From assembly GCA_040437565.1 (NCBI GenBank), contig JBDOQK010000003.1, positions 62,001-126,000 of the forward strand: a stretch of DNA of 64,000 nucleotides. Direction: 5' to 3'. The number at the start of each line of letters is the position of its first letter. Position 1 is the stretch's first letter. A program made the position numbers and the translations under genes. The notes beneath the pieces were generated by a model, which saw only the letters and a program-made list of their open reading frames with translations, searched no databases and was not told where the DNA came from. Source of the stretch: Albugo candida. Lineage: Eukaryota. Positions 23,061 to 34,103 of this stretch are shown here, piece after piece.

Positions 23061-25929
23061 TAATTGGAGTATCGGATGGCGTTTCCGCTACGTCAATCAG
23101 TTGGAAAGCGAGTTGAAATGGCGTTTTCTTTCGAGTTGTCACGCGCAGATTCAGCGTCGTCATGAATGAAATTCGTAGCTCCACACAAGCGCTATATGAA
23201 TGGGCTTTTCCCTTCTTTTTGTGCTGCAAATGAGCAATCAGAAATACCTTTCCATCCTCTTCGATACGTTTTCCTCTGAGCTCCAAATTGCTGTATTCAA
23301 TGCGATATTCCAATCCAAACTCAATGACATAAACAGTCAAGCTATGCGTTCCAATACTCGCAACGATTCCTTGTACTTGGATGGATTTCTTTCGATGGAG
23401 ATAGCCGCATAGAAATACGATATCACACGCTTTGACGGCTTTTTTCAGTGCCAATTTCTTCTCATTGCAAAGTCTCGCGACACTTTTCAATTCCAAAAGC
23501 AACGTATCGATATTTTTCTCATTAAAAACGGATCGAAAATCATTTTGGTTTCCAGTCAATTGACCGCCCAACGACATTTTCAGCAATCGGTGAACGACAA
23601 CGTCAGCGTATCGACGTATAGGCGACGTGAAATGCGTGTAAAATGGGACATTCAGTGCATAGTGATGCCATTCAATCGATGTGGAAGCCTCAGCAGCGAC
23701 CATATAATGCGCTGATTTCATCGCTTTTGTCAGCAAATAATGACACATTCGAGCGTTTGTGGACGAAAGACGAGAAAGACAATGTGCGATACTCTTTGAT
23801 GACGTTATGTCAATCTCAATATCAGTCTCTTTCAAACAAGCAATACTTTGCTTCAGTAAGAGCTCACTTGGTGCTGCATGACATCGAAGAAAAGATAGAG
23901 GTCCAAGCCATTGAATAAGATGTCCAGCAACAAAGTAATTAGCCTGCAACATGAATTCTTCAACAAGTCGATTACTATCTCTCATGCGACACTCTCCAAA
24001 CTCAATCGGATGTCCATCTTTATCCAATTCGAATTTCAATTTCGTATTGCTGAGCATTAACGCACCCGACTGTATTCGTATTTCTCGACGTTTCTCTGCC
24101 ACTCGCCAAAGACTTTTGACACTTTTTATGATCAATTGACACTCTTTCACGTCTCGCGGTCTTTGAGTGAGATCCCACGCTTTGAGATTATCGATTGTAA
24201 TAACACCATCCAGCATCATTTGTGCGGTTTTGTAATCGAGTTGATACCGGGAATGGATGACAGATGTACCAATCCACGGCTGATTGTCTATCACTGATCC
24301 ATTCCCATCCATTTTCCAGACGATTGAGACCGCTAGACGATCCTCTTGCGGCTGAAGAGAGCAGAGTTTCTCACTCAGCAAATGTGGCAGCATTGAGTAC
24401 ATGCGGTCAGTGAGGTACACGCTGGTCGTACGTTTTCGTGCTTCCTCATCCAATTCGGAGCCTTTTTGGAGGAAATGCGATACGTCGGCAATATGAACGC
24501 CAATTTCAAAGTATTGCTTCTGCGCGTCCAAACAGCGAATGTGAAGCGCATCGTCCAAATCGCGAGCTCCTGCGGGATCGATGGAGAAGATACTCAGACT
24601 CCGAAAGTCTGTGCGAGCACTCAATTCGGATGAGGGAATGGTCCAATTTTGTCGATTGGATAGAAAAGTATCCTCAAGTTGCTGTGAAATTTGTTTTGAG
24701 AATTCTATGGCGTGAGTACTCAATCCCTCTTTGAGGAGAATGGCACGCACATTTGTGTGAATTGAGGAGCGATTTCCGATGAGTGTTAGATCTCTGCCGA
24801 GAGGGTAGCGGTGGTAGACGCTCCAGACATCGATACGACAGGAAAAGAGTGTGTTTTGCCTTAACAGAGGCTTTTGGTGAAATTCGACGGGGACTTCGGA
24901 TGGAGGAATGAGGATTTGATGAGGGAAGCCTAGTTCGATTGGATAAAAAGTTGCATTTTTGGTAGAACTTGCATTTGATTGATCGATTTTTATTGGACGA
25001 AAATATCCAATAATGTGTTGGTGTTGACTTAGTTGAATGGCGATTACTTTAGCGGTAGGACGAAGTTGGTGTTGTTTTGCCAGTTGAGATATTGTTGATA
25101 AATAGTGAGAGGTTGTAGCCTGCTGCGTGTCGGATGTGTCTTCATTTTGGGAGCAAGAGACAGATTCGGTGATAGTATCAGAGCTAAGTGTCGCGGACTC
25201 TATTTCAGGATATGTATTTCTATTCGGTGAAGTCATAGAACTCTGGCCAATTAAATCAGTACGACGTGTTTTTTTCCATTTTTGAACCTTATGTAAGTGT
25301 ATGATTACGATATCGCTATGTAGTGCGCGATTTCGATCAGGAAACCCGTCAATCAGTACATCCACTGGCAGGTTTTCGAGTGTTACGTATGCTTGAGATG
25401 GGTAGTACGCATTGACACGAATTCTTCCTTGAAAAACTCTGCTATCGTGCAAGGCTTTCTCTACTAGTTTTTCGCTCCAATAGTCCTCGAATACATTAAT
25501 TTGGGATTTACGAGATGAGTGAGTGCTGGTTTGAATTTTACGTGTACGAGGTTGTGTGGTATCCTTAGCGAGTTGCTCTTGTTGAGAATCATTTATTGAC
25601 AGTGTTTTTATTTCGTCAATAATTGATTTCGGTTCTTCGATTTTCTGTAAAATACGCTTTGTACTTTTGGTCGGAAATTTGTCTTGCCGCTTACAGTCTC
25701 GGTCAATCGCTTGATCAGTTCTGAATGGTGAGATATTTTTATGTGGTTTCGCCGATACGCGACCACTCGTATTCGTACGGGTACTCTGTTCGGAGCCAAT
25801 TCCTATAGATATTCTGCGCTTGTCGCCTTCGATCGGATCGTTTTTCTTCATCATTCGTTTCGGTAGAAGATACAAACCGGTTCGTTTTTTACACTTTCTC
25901 GTTCGGTTACTGCGGTGCAGTATACACAT
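23041..25929 (-). CDS. DIS3L2: DIS3-like exonuclease 2 (RNB family); start may be the MMKKN ATG near 25853
   Basis: FSIDPAGARDLDDAL, GVHIADVS, LVEEFMLQAN, YTHFTSPIRRYAD; CSD motif DRNRALHSD; no PIN domain. Confidence 0.9.
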   Translation of the reverse strand: MCILHRSNRTRKCKKRTGLYLLPKRMMKKNDPIEGDKRRISIGIGSEQSTRTNTSGRVSAKPHKNISPFRTDQAIDRDCKRQDKFPTKSTKRILQKIEEPKSIIDEIKTLSINDSQQEQLAKDTTQPRTRKIQTSTHSSRKSQINVFEDYWSEKLVEKALHDSRVFQGRIRVNAYYPSQAYVTLENLPVDVLIDGFPDRNRALHSDIVIIHLHKVQKWKKTRRTDLIGQSSMTSPNRNTYPEIESATLSSDTITESVSCSQNEDTSDTQQATTSHYLSTISQLAKQHQLRPTAKVIAIQLSQHQHIIGYFRPIKIDQSNASSTKNATFYPIELGFPHQILIPPSEVPVEFHQKPLLRQNTLFSCRIDVWSVYHRYPLGRDLTLIGNRSSIHTNVRAILLKEGLSTHAIEFSKQISQQLEDTFLSNRQNWTIPSSELSARTDFRSLSIFSIDPAGARDLDDALHIRCLDAQKQYFEIGVHIADVSHFLQKGSELDEEARKRTTSVYLTDRMYSMLPHLLSEKLCSLQPQEDRLAVSIVWKMDGNGSVIDNQPWIGTSVIHSRYQLDYKTAQMMLDGVITIDNLKAWDLTQRPRDVKECQLIIKSVKSLWRVAEKRREIRIQSGALMLSNTKLKFELDKDGHPIEFGECRMRDSNRLVEEFMLQANYFVAGHLIQWLGPLSFLRCHAAPSELLLKQSIACLKETDIEIDITSSKSIAHCLSRLSSTNARMCHYLLTKAMKSAHYMVAAEASTSIEWHHYALNVPFYTHFTSPIRRYADVVVHRLLKMSLGGQLTGNQNDFRSVFNEKNIDTLLLELKSVARLCNEKKLALKKAVKACDIVFLCGYLHRKKSIQVQGIVASIGTHSLTVYVIEFGLEYRIEYSNLELRGKRIEEDGKVFLIAHLQHKKKGKAHSYSACVELRISFMTTLNLRVTTRKKTPFQLAFQLIDVAETPSDTPIIISSSK

Positions 25930-25966
25930 GTAGTGACACGGAAGATAGTAGTAAACGACTAAAACA

Positions 25967-27571
25967 ATGGAAGAAAGTATACACCTTTCCTCACAGACTT
26001 TTGAAATCGAACCCGACTCGATTTACTTTCTTCTTGAATCGGAATATCTATACGAAACACACATTACTCAATTTGATCCTTCAGACAACATCCGTTACGT
26101 ATGCTTGGATGGAGAACTCGATCATCTTTTTGCAATAGCCACTATACAACTATGCTATAATCTTCCAACTTGGCCTTTTATTCAGCACTTTTGCGACTCG
26201 ATGGATAAGATGTTAGATTCCGATAGTAACCAACTGAGCGACTCAGAAACGCATTCAATTTTGTGTATTTACATGACAAAAGAAATGGAGCAAAAGCATC
26301 CTTCCAAGCCACTTCTATCAAAAGATGGCTTATACAGACCACGTATTAGTGTCGAGGTATTCGCTATATATCTACTTTGCTGTTGGCAAATACGTTCCAG
26401 GAAGCAATCCGTGCAAGAAAGCTGGAGTACTTATGATCTTTATCACACATTCCGGTCGATATACTCACCGTTTCCATACTTGGGATTCTCGTGGTGGCGG
26501 GATATCGATAAAGATGATGGTAAAGCTGTAGACGTAGACCCGGTTTGGGGCGAGATGATTACGAAAATGTTTCTCGAAAGTGGCGATACGAGATGCAAGG
26601 CTTCTACCTCCGAAATTCTTTCTTGGGAGGACGTATATGTATGTTTGGATGCCTTTGCTCGTATGCACGAGACGTATTCAATCACAGAAGTCCCGTCTTT
26701 GCTCGTACCTGCATCGAACAGCAAAATAATGAGATTGACAGTAACACTCGCAGTCGCAAATGTTGCCAGTAACGATCTCGCCTATATCGAGTCTCTTGAA
26801 AACTCACTTGAAGCAACCTTCATTCGAATTGAAAATGATCACATCAGCACTCATTGTGGAAAAAAGACAATTCATGTCAATTTGAGTGAATTAGAGGCGG
26901 AGTCAAAGGATGAAACTCACAAAGTTTTCTCAAGTCGAAAGGAAACTAAAGCTTGGAAGGTTCTTACTCAATTTCTCCACATTTGCGAGATTCAAAACGA
27001 CTCAATCGTACTTCTATCTTCTTTACCAGATGTTCCTCTCTGGATTTGTGGATACTTGATCAAGCATGAGCAACTCAGTGAGCAACAAGCATCCGCCTGG
27101 CTCTACTCATGTACATCAAATCAGTTGAAATGCTCTCGACAGCAATTGTATTTCTTGAAGCGGTGGAAGATACATCTCACTCGTGCGGGAGACGCATTTC
27201 GTGTCAAAGTAAAGGAAAACCATTTAAATATTGCAGCAATTTCACCCGTGAATGATGGTATCTCCAGTAAGTTATGTAAAGAGTATGGTCGCATTGGTAT
27301 GGGTCGCGTAAATCTAAGGACAGAATGTTTGCTTGGTATTCGCGTAGCTCAGCATAACGACCAGATGATGGTGCCTTCGTCACTTGCTGTTTCTCATCCG
27401 GTACGCGCCATGCTGTCTCCGTCGACTCGTGCAGCACAAAGCAGCAAACACAGGCAGATGATAAACGCTTCAAGACTCGACGCGAAAAAAGTCGATGAAA
27501 TTGACAGAGATGTTATAATTCGAAGTGATTATAGCACGATTCGCCGTTACTTGAATCCAACGTCAAAGTGA
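25967..27571 (+). CDS. Hypothetical 534 aa protein, CDC14-like inactive dual-specificity phosphatase fold
   Basis: Long ORF with good ATG context. FLHICE...CGYLIKH...ASAWL..C...QQLYFL resembles the CDC14 catalytic-domain end, but HCX5R is absent. Confidence 0.6.
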   Translation: MEESIHLSSQTFEIEPDSIYFLLESEYLYETHITQFDPSDNIRYVCLDGELDHLFAIATIQLCYNLPTWPFIQHFCDSMDKMLDSDSNQLSDSETHSILCIYMTKEMEQKHPSKPLLSKDGLYRPRISVEVFAIYLLCCWQIRSRKQSVQESWSTYDLYHTFRSIYSPFPYLGFSWWRDIDKDDGKAVDVDPVWGEMITKMFLESGDTRCKASTSEILSWEDVYVCLDAFARMHETYSITEVPSLLVPASNSKIMRLTVTLAVANVASNDLAYIESLENSLEATFIRIENDHISTHCGKKTIHVNLSELEAESKDETHKVFSSRKETKAWKVLTQFLHICEIQNDSIVLLSSLPDVPLWICGYLIKHEQLSEQQASAWLYSCTSNQLKCSRQQLYFLKRWKIHLTRAGDAFRVKVKENHLNIAAISPVNDGISSKLCKEYGRIGMGRVNLRTECLLGIRVAQHNDQMMVPSSLAVSHPVRAMLSPSTRAAQSSKHRQMINASRLDAKKVDEIDRDVIIRSDYSTIRRYLNPTSK

Positions 27572-28641
27572 TGTCAGTCAGTTGGTCGTGTTTAACAAGT
27601 CAGTGGAAGAAAAAAGAAAAGCTTTACAGTATAGAAAGCAATCATACAAAGATTATAAATGCTTGTTGACAAAAGTGAAGACGGTTGTAATAATAATACA
27701 TTCACGCGACGAGTGTTTTGTGTACTTTCACGTTGTCGGGGCACTCAATGAAATTTTTATGTAACGAGAACATCAAGTAGAAGTCACTAAAAAGCTGGTT
27801 ATTTGCAGGATGACTAGACAATACAATGGCAACAGAACTTTTTATTTTGGTTTTATAAAAAGCCTCTACGATCAAACGAACTATTCGTCATAGTATCCCG
27901 TCGCCCATTACAGTACACCATTGCATGATATATAACGCACAAGACGGCATCGTGCGTTGTCGCAAGAATGTATAGTAGCACATGTATGGCGTTACTGCTA
28001 ACGACCATTCTCAGAGNNNNNNNNNNNNNNNNNNNNNNNNNNNNNNNNNNNNNNNNNNNNNNNNNNNNNNNNNNNNNNNNNNNNNNNNNNNNNNNNNNNN
28101 NNNNNNNNNNNNNNNNCGTTGTCGCAAGAATGTATAGTAGCACATGTATGGCGTTACTGCTAACGACCATTCTCAGAGTCACGTACCTTTTCGGGCGACC
28201 TTTCTAACATACAATTGCAGTTAACGCTCAGTCTATGATTCAATTTTTCTGTTTTCTGATACATATACATTACGGTGGATCGAAGGTAGCATTTGAAAAA
28301 TACCCATATGCTCAAACTTGAGAAAGCTCGTCGTGGTCCCTAGTCGCAAAAAATCATAGTACACAACAATCATACGTATACTTCCATGGCATTGAGCTCA
28401 AATGCTGGGGGACAGGGAGTTTGGTATTGACTGAGACGGTCAAAAGTGAAGGCTGGTCAGTTCCTTCTTTGTTCCCTCAATCAGAGACCCATTCACAACC
28501 GCTGTGGTCTCTCTCACTTTTAATTACGACCGTAAAAAAACGTCGTCCTCTTTCAACAAGAATATCGATCCGTGCGACGTATACTGCGTGTAATTCACAT
28601 CCATCATATACGATAATATACGATACTTGACACTTGAGTGT

Positions 28642-30132
28642 ATGAACTTGGAAGAGAGCAACTTTACCTCTTTGATAGAACCCTTACCAAAGGAGTCGCA
28701 TAGTGAACCGCTTACAGCATTACCGGAACATGATTTCGACGCAGGACAAAATGGTAAACGATGTACAACCAAAAACCGGTCAGGTAGCGAGTTATATGTT
28801 TATCAAAGTTGCTATATCCCACAAATTCGTAACTCGGATATCTCAATCCAACCGGATGCGTGTTGTGCAACCCACATGGCGTACCAAGTTGGTCCAACCT
28901 CACTTGTACCTCTACGCCCCAACGCAAACAAAATTGATTGCTTACCGGTACTTTCCATCCAATATGACAAATGTTGTACTCTAGAGGGATGTCCCAATCC
29001 TGCACGTTGTCAGGGGCTATGTCCCATGCACGGTGGTCGGACGCTATGTACCATTGATGGATGTACCAAAGATGCCGCTTCCGATGGAAAGTGCGTCGCA
29101 CACGGCGGTGAACGTCGATGTCGCTATGGAGACTGTACAAATAGTGCCGTGAGTCGCGGTTTATGCATTCTTCATGGAGGTGGACGGAAGTGTCGGTATG
29201 AAGGGTGCCATAAACACATCGCTTCCGGCGGTTTATGTCGTGCACATGGCGGTGGAAGACGATGTAAGATGGACGGATGCAACAGCAGCGCTCAAAGTCG
29301 TGGTCTTTGTTATGTCCATGGTGGTGGTGGTCGATGTCAACAACTCCATTGCACCTCGAGTGCGAAAAAAGGAGGATTTTGTATCGCTCACGGCGGTGGC
29401 CATCGATGCAGTGTGCGGAATTGTAAAAGTAGCGCAGTAAGTGGCGATTTGTGTCGTGCGCACGGTGGTGGAAGACGTTGTAATATCATTGGATGTAAAA
29501 GCAGCGCGAAAACGGGAGGATTTTGTATCGCTCACGGTGGAGGGAAACGGTGCTCGGTTGAGGGATGTAAAAGCAGTGCACAACGTATTGGTTTGTGTAA
29601 AGCCCACGGTGGTGGACGCAAATGTAACGAAGCAAACTGTCACAATAGCGCTGTGAGTCGAGGGAAATGTATCGCACATGGTGGAGGCAAACGCTGCGCG
29701 ACGGAAGGATGCAATACCACAGCAAGAAAGGGTGGCTTCTGCTTTGCTCATGGAAACCGATTCAAGGAGTATGGCGAATTGGAATCGCCACATTCGACTC
29801 CAATTGAGGCATTGACGGAAGAAACGATGTTTCCGAGACCGCGATTACCGTCAATTTCAGAGATCTTGCGATTAGACCGTAAACTGTGTGGAAGTGTGTG
29901 GCACGAGAAATTGCCTCCACTTCGCAGAAACAGCGACGTGGAAACGTTCAATGGGTCAAAACCCGTGAGCAATGTATGGGAATCGCAAAGAGCGACGGTG
30001 GCAGAACGAATGGAAAACGTCTGTGGGTACTCGTACAACGGAGGACGTGGAGTTGAAAATAGACAATTGGATATGGAGGGACAGGCTCGATCGAGTCTAC
30101 GCATGCTGATCTCGGCGGTTTTGTGTAATTAA
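28642..30132 (+). CDS. Cys/His HGGG-repeat protein (so-called WRKY19-like zinc-finger repeats, expanded in oomycetes)
   Basis: Eleven ~24 aa repeats C-x4-C-x9-C-x2-HGGG; no WRKY domain itself. Confidence 0.9.
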   Translation: MNLEESNFTSLIEPLPKESHSEPLTALPEHDFDAGQNGKRCTTKNRSGSELYVYQSCYIPQIRNSDISIQPDACCATHMAYQVGPTSLVPLRPNANKIDCLPVLSIQYDKCCTLEGCPNPARCQGLCPMHGGRTLCTIDGCTKDAASDGKCVAHGGERRCRYGDCTNSAVSRGLCILHGGGRKCRYEGCHKHIASGGLCRAHGGGRRCKMDGCNSSAQSRGLCYVHGGGGRCQQLHCTSSAKKGGFCIAHGGGHRCSVRNCKSSAVSGDLCRAHGGGRRCNIIGCKSSAKTGGFCIAHGGGKRCSVEGCKSSAQRIGLCKAHGGGRKCNEANCHNSAVSRGKCIAHGGGKRCATEGCNTTARKGGFCFAHGNRFKEYGELESPHSTPIEALTEETMFPRPRLPSISEILRLDRKLCGSVWHEKLPPLRRNSDVETFNGSKPVSNVWESQRATVAERMENVCGYSYNGGRGVENRQLDMEGQARSSLRMLISAVLCN

Positions 30133-30279
30133 AGTAAAAGACTTTATCAAAACCGATTTCCGGAGTATGGCAAATTGCATACGAAAAGCGAATGAGAGCG
30201 ATAAAACGTATACTATGGCGACAGGGTATACGTATGTCTCATATACAGCAAAGACAACCAAATTACAATGGATATTCTA

Positions 30280-33200
30280 TTAAAAGCTTTTAAGTGTGAG
30301 TGAGAGTTTGATGTTCATCGCAGCTAATTCGTTTACTAAATAACGAAACACGTACGGCATTGCCACTGGCTGACAATATTCTCCAGTACGACATACCCTG
30401 CAATACCAGTGATCTCTGCACGTTTGCATGGCAATTGCAATCTCTGTCTGACCCGTTGTTTCCACATTTGCTCGTTGTGTTGATGTTGATAACAATGACT
30501 CACAGTTTGTACAAACGATTGCGATATGTTTGTCAGAACAATTCATAAGACGGTCTTGTAATAGGAATGAGCATCCATGTGCCAACAACGAATCGCGTTC
30601 CATCTCACCAAATCGAATACCACCACCTTTCTTGCGCCCTTTAACCGGCTGCCGCGTCAAAGAATTCATTGGACCTGTAGCACGCACTTGACTCTTATCG
30701 CTAACCATATGTCGTAAACGCTGATAGTACACCACACCAATGTATATATCCGCCTGCATGATAGTACCGGATATTCCTGAATACAAGGGCTCTGTGCCCA
30801 TGTAATTGTATCCGAATTGCTTGAGTTTTTCTCCGAAATAATCAACGACTCTGTTTTTCTCATCAAACTTGAATGGCGTCGCGTCCATGTACTCGCCTCG
30901 TAATGCGCCGGCCTTAGCCGCCATGGACTCCAGCAACATACCAATAGTCATTCGCGACGGAAAAGCATGAGGATTTATGATAATATCGGGCGACATTCCC
31001 GACTCTGTGAACGGCATATCCGTTTGAGGCCATAAGATACTCAAAACACCTTTCTGTCCATGTCGTGAGGAAAACTTGTCGCCGATCACAGGATTTCTGC
31101 AAAAACGTAACTTTAAGTTCGCTTTTGTGAACTCACACGTTTGTGTGCTTTTCCCGAGCAAAGAAACTTGTTCCACGACTGCGGGTTCCGACTCTTTATG
31201 TTTTTGAAACGATTGTTTACCGGTAGTCTCATCAACCCAGCTCGCAAGTGGGTCACCCTGATAAACGGTTTTCCCAACATGTGGAAACCCATCCCAATCC
31301 AATTCAGGCGAATACATTTGGGACGCCGGGTCCGAATCGGATACAAGATTCGTAAAGTACGTTTTGGAGGAATCTTTCTTCTGCGTTCGCTGCTGCTTTC
31401 CATCGGAGCCGATATCCACCGTCACGTGCTTGTAGACCGAAGCATGAGCAAATCCACGTTCGTACGAGGATTTGTTGAGAATCATCGCGTCTTCCATATC
31501 GTATCCCGTGTACGAAATAACTGCGACCACAGCGTTTGTACCGAGCGGATACTCATCCAATTGATATTCACAAAGACGCTCATTCTGCACAATCGGGCTT
31601 TGTGGTGTTTGTAGGCGATACATTTTACTGTCACTCCGATGAGATAACGAGTGACACGGAGTTCCCATTGTTTGTTTCGCCATTTGACACTGATACATAT
31701 TACGAGGTGATTGATTGTAGTCGGAAAATGGTGTCAATGAGGCTACTAATGAGAGCATATTAGTCGGTTTGATTTCGATATGGGTCGTTGCGGGTCGAAT
31801 GTCTCTGTCCGTGCAGGCGATATCCATAAAAACCTGTTCCATTGGCCCAATCCATTCAACTTCCTGTGTGTCCAATTGTCTAACAGGTCGGGTCAAACGG
31901 GCCGCATCTGCTGACAGATAAAGACCCGGAAACGGCCCACCCGGAGTCAAAAGGATCAAACAGATTTCCAAATTAGCAACAATGCCACATTCTTCTCTTC
32001 TCTCCTGTTGAGAATTGGAAGCTTTGATGCATCGTAAGACTCGCTGTATACTCACACAGAGATCACAAGGTGCACATCCAATGATTTTCCCATTGAAAAG
32101 CACCGGAAGGTACGAAAACGGCATAATAAGCGCTCCATCTGAAAATCCATTCGATGGGATCATTCCCAGACTGGCTAGAAATCGCGATAGTTTCAGTTCA
32201 TTCTGAAGGATAGTCGTTGCTTGAAACGCCGGCTCACACACAACGTGACACTCCGTCGCTAAATGATTCAACAGACCACACGGACTTCCATCGGGCGTGT
32301 GTACAGGACATAAAAATCCCCACGAATCCGGTAACAACTTGCGCACAGCAGTGGTTTTCATTTCAGTGAAAAATTGTCCGCGATGTACCGATCGAAAATG
32401 AGAGAGATACCGGTAAAAATTAAGTTTTTCCGCCACAATTGTGTACCCAGCGACTTGCATGAGATCGAGGCCACTGGAAGATTTGAGATTGCCAGTATTG
32501 AGAAAATACATCATCGCCTGTCCGATATTCGGTGTTCGATCCCATAGTCTCCTCACGAAAGCGTCGTCGATGACAGAGGTCTTTTTCGCACACTCTTTAA
32601 GCATTTGTAGTCGGAGACTTTGAAGCCCTTCCTGAATCTTCTCTTTCAATATGTTGAGATATAAATGTCCGGGTAATAAAAGCTCTTGATTCATGATCGA
32701 GTCTGAATTGTCTTCGCATATATCGCCTTTGGCAAACGCATACAACTTCCGAAGCATTAGACAGAGCAATTCAGCTTTTTGACTTGCACCTTTTTCTCCT
32801 TTTGACAGATGGACGAAAATGAACTCATCGATCAAACTCGTTCCCACTTGAAGGTGGCTTTCGTTGTCGGATGTCTGTAACACGTATCGAAAATGTTTGC
32901 CCAAATACGTTAAGGCTTCTTCTTTTGTGTACACACCAAACGATTTCGCTTGTTGGATGACCACTTCCATACGAAGTGCGAGAAACGTATTGGAATGCTC
33001 GCCGCGTAACACACGATCGTAGATTTCTCGATCGGTCAGCGAGTACATTGCTTTCAGCACGAGACCAACGGGAATCATAAACTCTTGTTTTCGAACACTG
33101 AAGCGAACAGTGGCACTTCCATCGTCGAGATAATGCAAAGTGACCGTCACGGAAGATTGATCTCGACGAACACATTTCATGAAGACGGCCATATCGGTGT

Positions 33201-33919
33201 ACAATTCGCCTCGATTGGTGAATGCTCCTCTTCGTACAGCCATCATATGATGTCGTCGTGGCATTTGTAGCAATCGGATGCATCGCTCATTACCATTACA
33301 GATAAAGTACCCGCCCATTTCATTTGCTTCTTCTTTTGCTTGGACTAATTGCTGAGGTGATAGATTGTGTAGATGACATCGTTTCGATCGGACCATAATC
33401 GGAATGTCCCCAACGATACGCTGAAGACGCTCGACACTATTAGACCCATTGAATGCTCGAGCCAATGTCAGGACCAATGGAGCTGTGTATGAAATTCCAC
33501 GCTGTCGACATTCTGCTGGAAGTAGTTTTTGCTACTTGTATCAATCACTCAGTCGATGAGATAGTGTACTAGGCAGCAAGAGTGTCTGTACCTCTCCTTT
33601 GATGGAATTACTGCTAAAGGGCAGACCAACCTGAGCGTCTTCGACCCAAATGGAAAGCATACTTTGCCCGGGAAGTTGGATGGAAATACGTGCGATATCG
33701 GCAATTGCGAGATGTAAGCCCTCACTGAGGAGGTAGTTGAATGATTCTATATGCGGAGATACGAGATTGACGAGTTTTTCATTGCTAGGGAGAGAAAATA
33801 AGTGGAGGTTCGAAATCAAAAGTATGAGACATACGTCGCTGTAGGACACGAACGTGGAGCGGAGGAAGGATTCGTGCGTTGCCAGGCAGTGCCAAAGCAA
33901 GGTTCTGTTGATGTAGCAT
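30280..33919 (-). CDS. RPA2: RNA polymerase I second-largest subunit, with two short 5' introns
   Basis: PHIESFN, FRSVHRGQFF, WGFLCPVHTPDGSPCGLLNHL, NQSPRNMYQCQM, GDKFSSRHGQKG, GGIRFGEMERD, ELAAMNI. Confidence 0.96.
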
Positions 33920-34103
33920 GCTTGGTTTTGTGGTGGCGTCTTTTAATCGGAGAATCGGTCGCAACTTTTGTCGGCATTTTGTGTCAGAAATATTGAGACA
34001 CAGCACCCAGTGATTTTCTAACATTTAACTGAAATATATCGTTATTGTATCTTAAAAGGTCATTCGGCTCAGACTCCTTCGGCACTGACTTTTTCAATTT
34101 GTC

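Noticed and set aside
28970-29755. ~72 bp periodic repeats that could be taken for a CRISPR-like array
   Set aside because: They are protein-coding Cys/HGGG repeats with synonymous variation in a eukaryotic ORF.
30360-33283. Many short alternative-frame and antisense ORFs within RPA2 (likewise in DIS3L2, MSH2 and ValRS)
   Set aside because: Shadow ORFs of long coding sequences.
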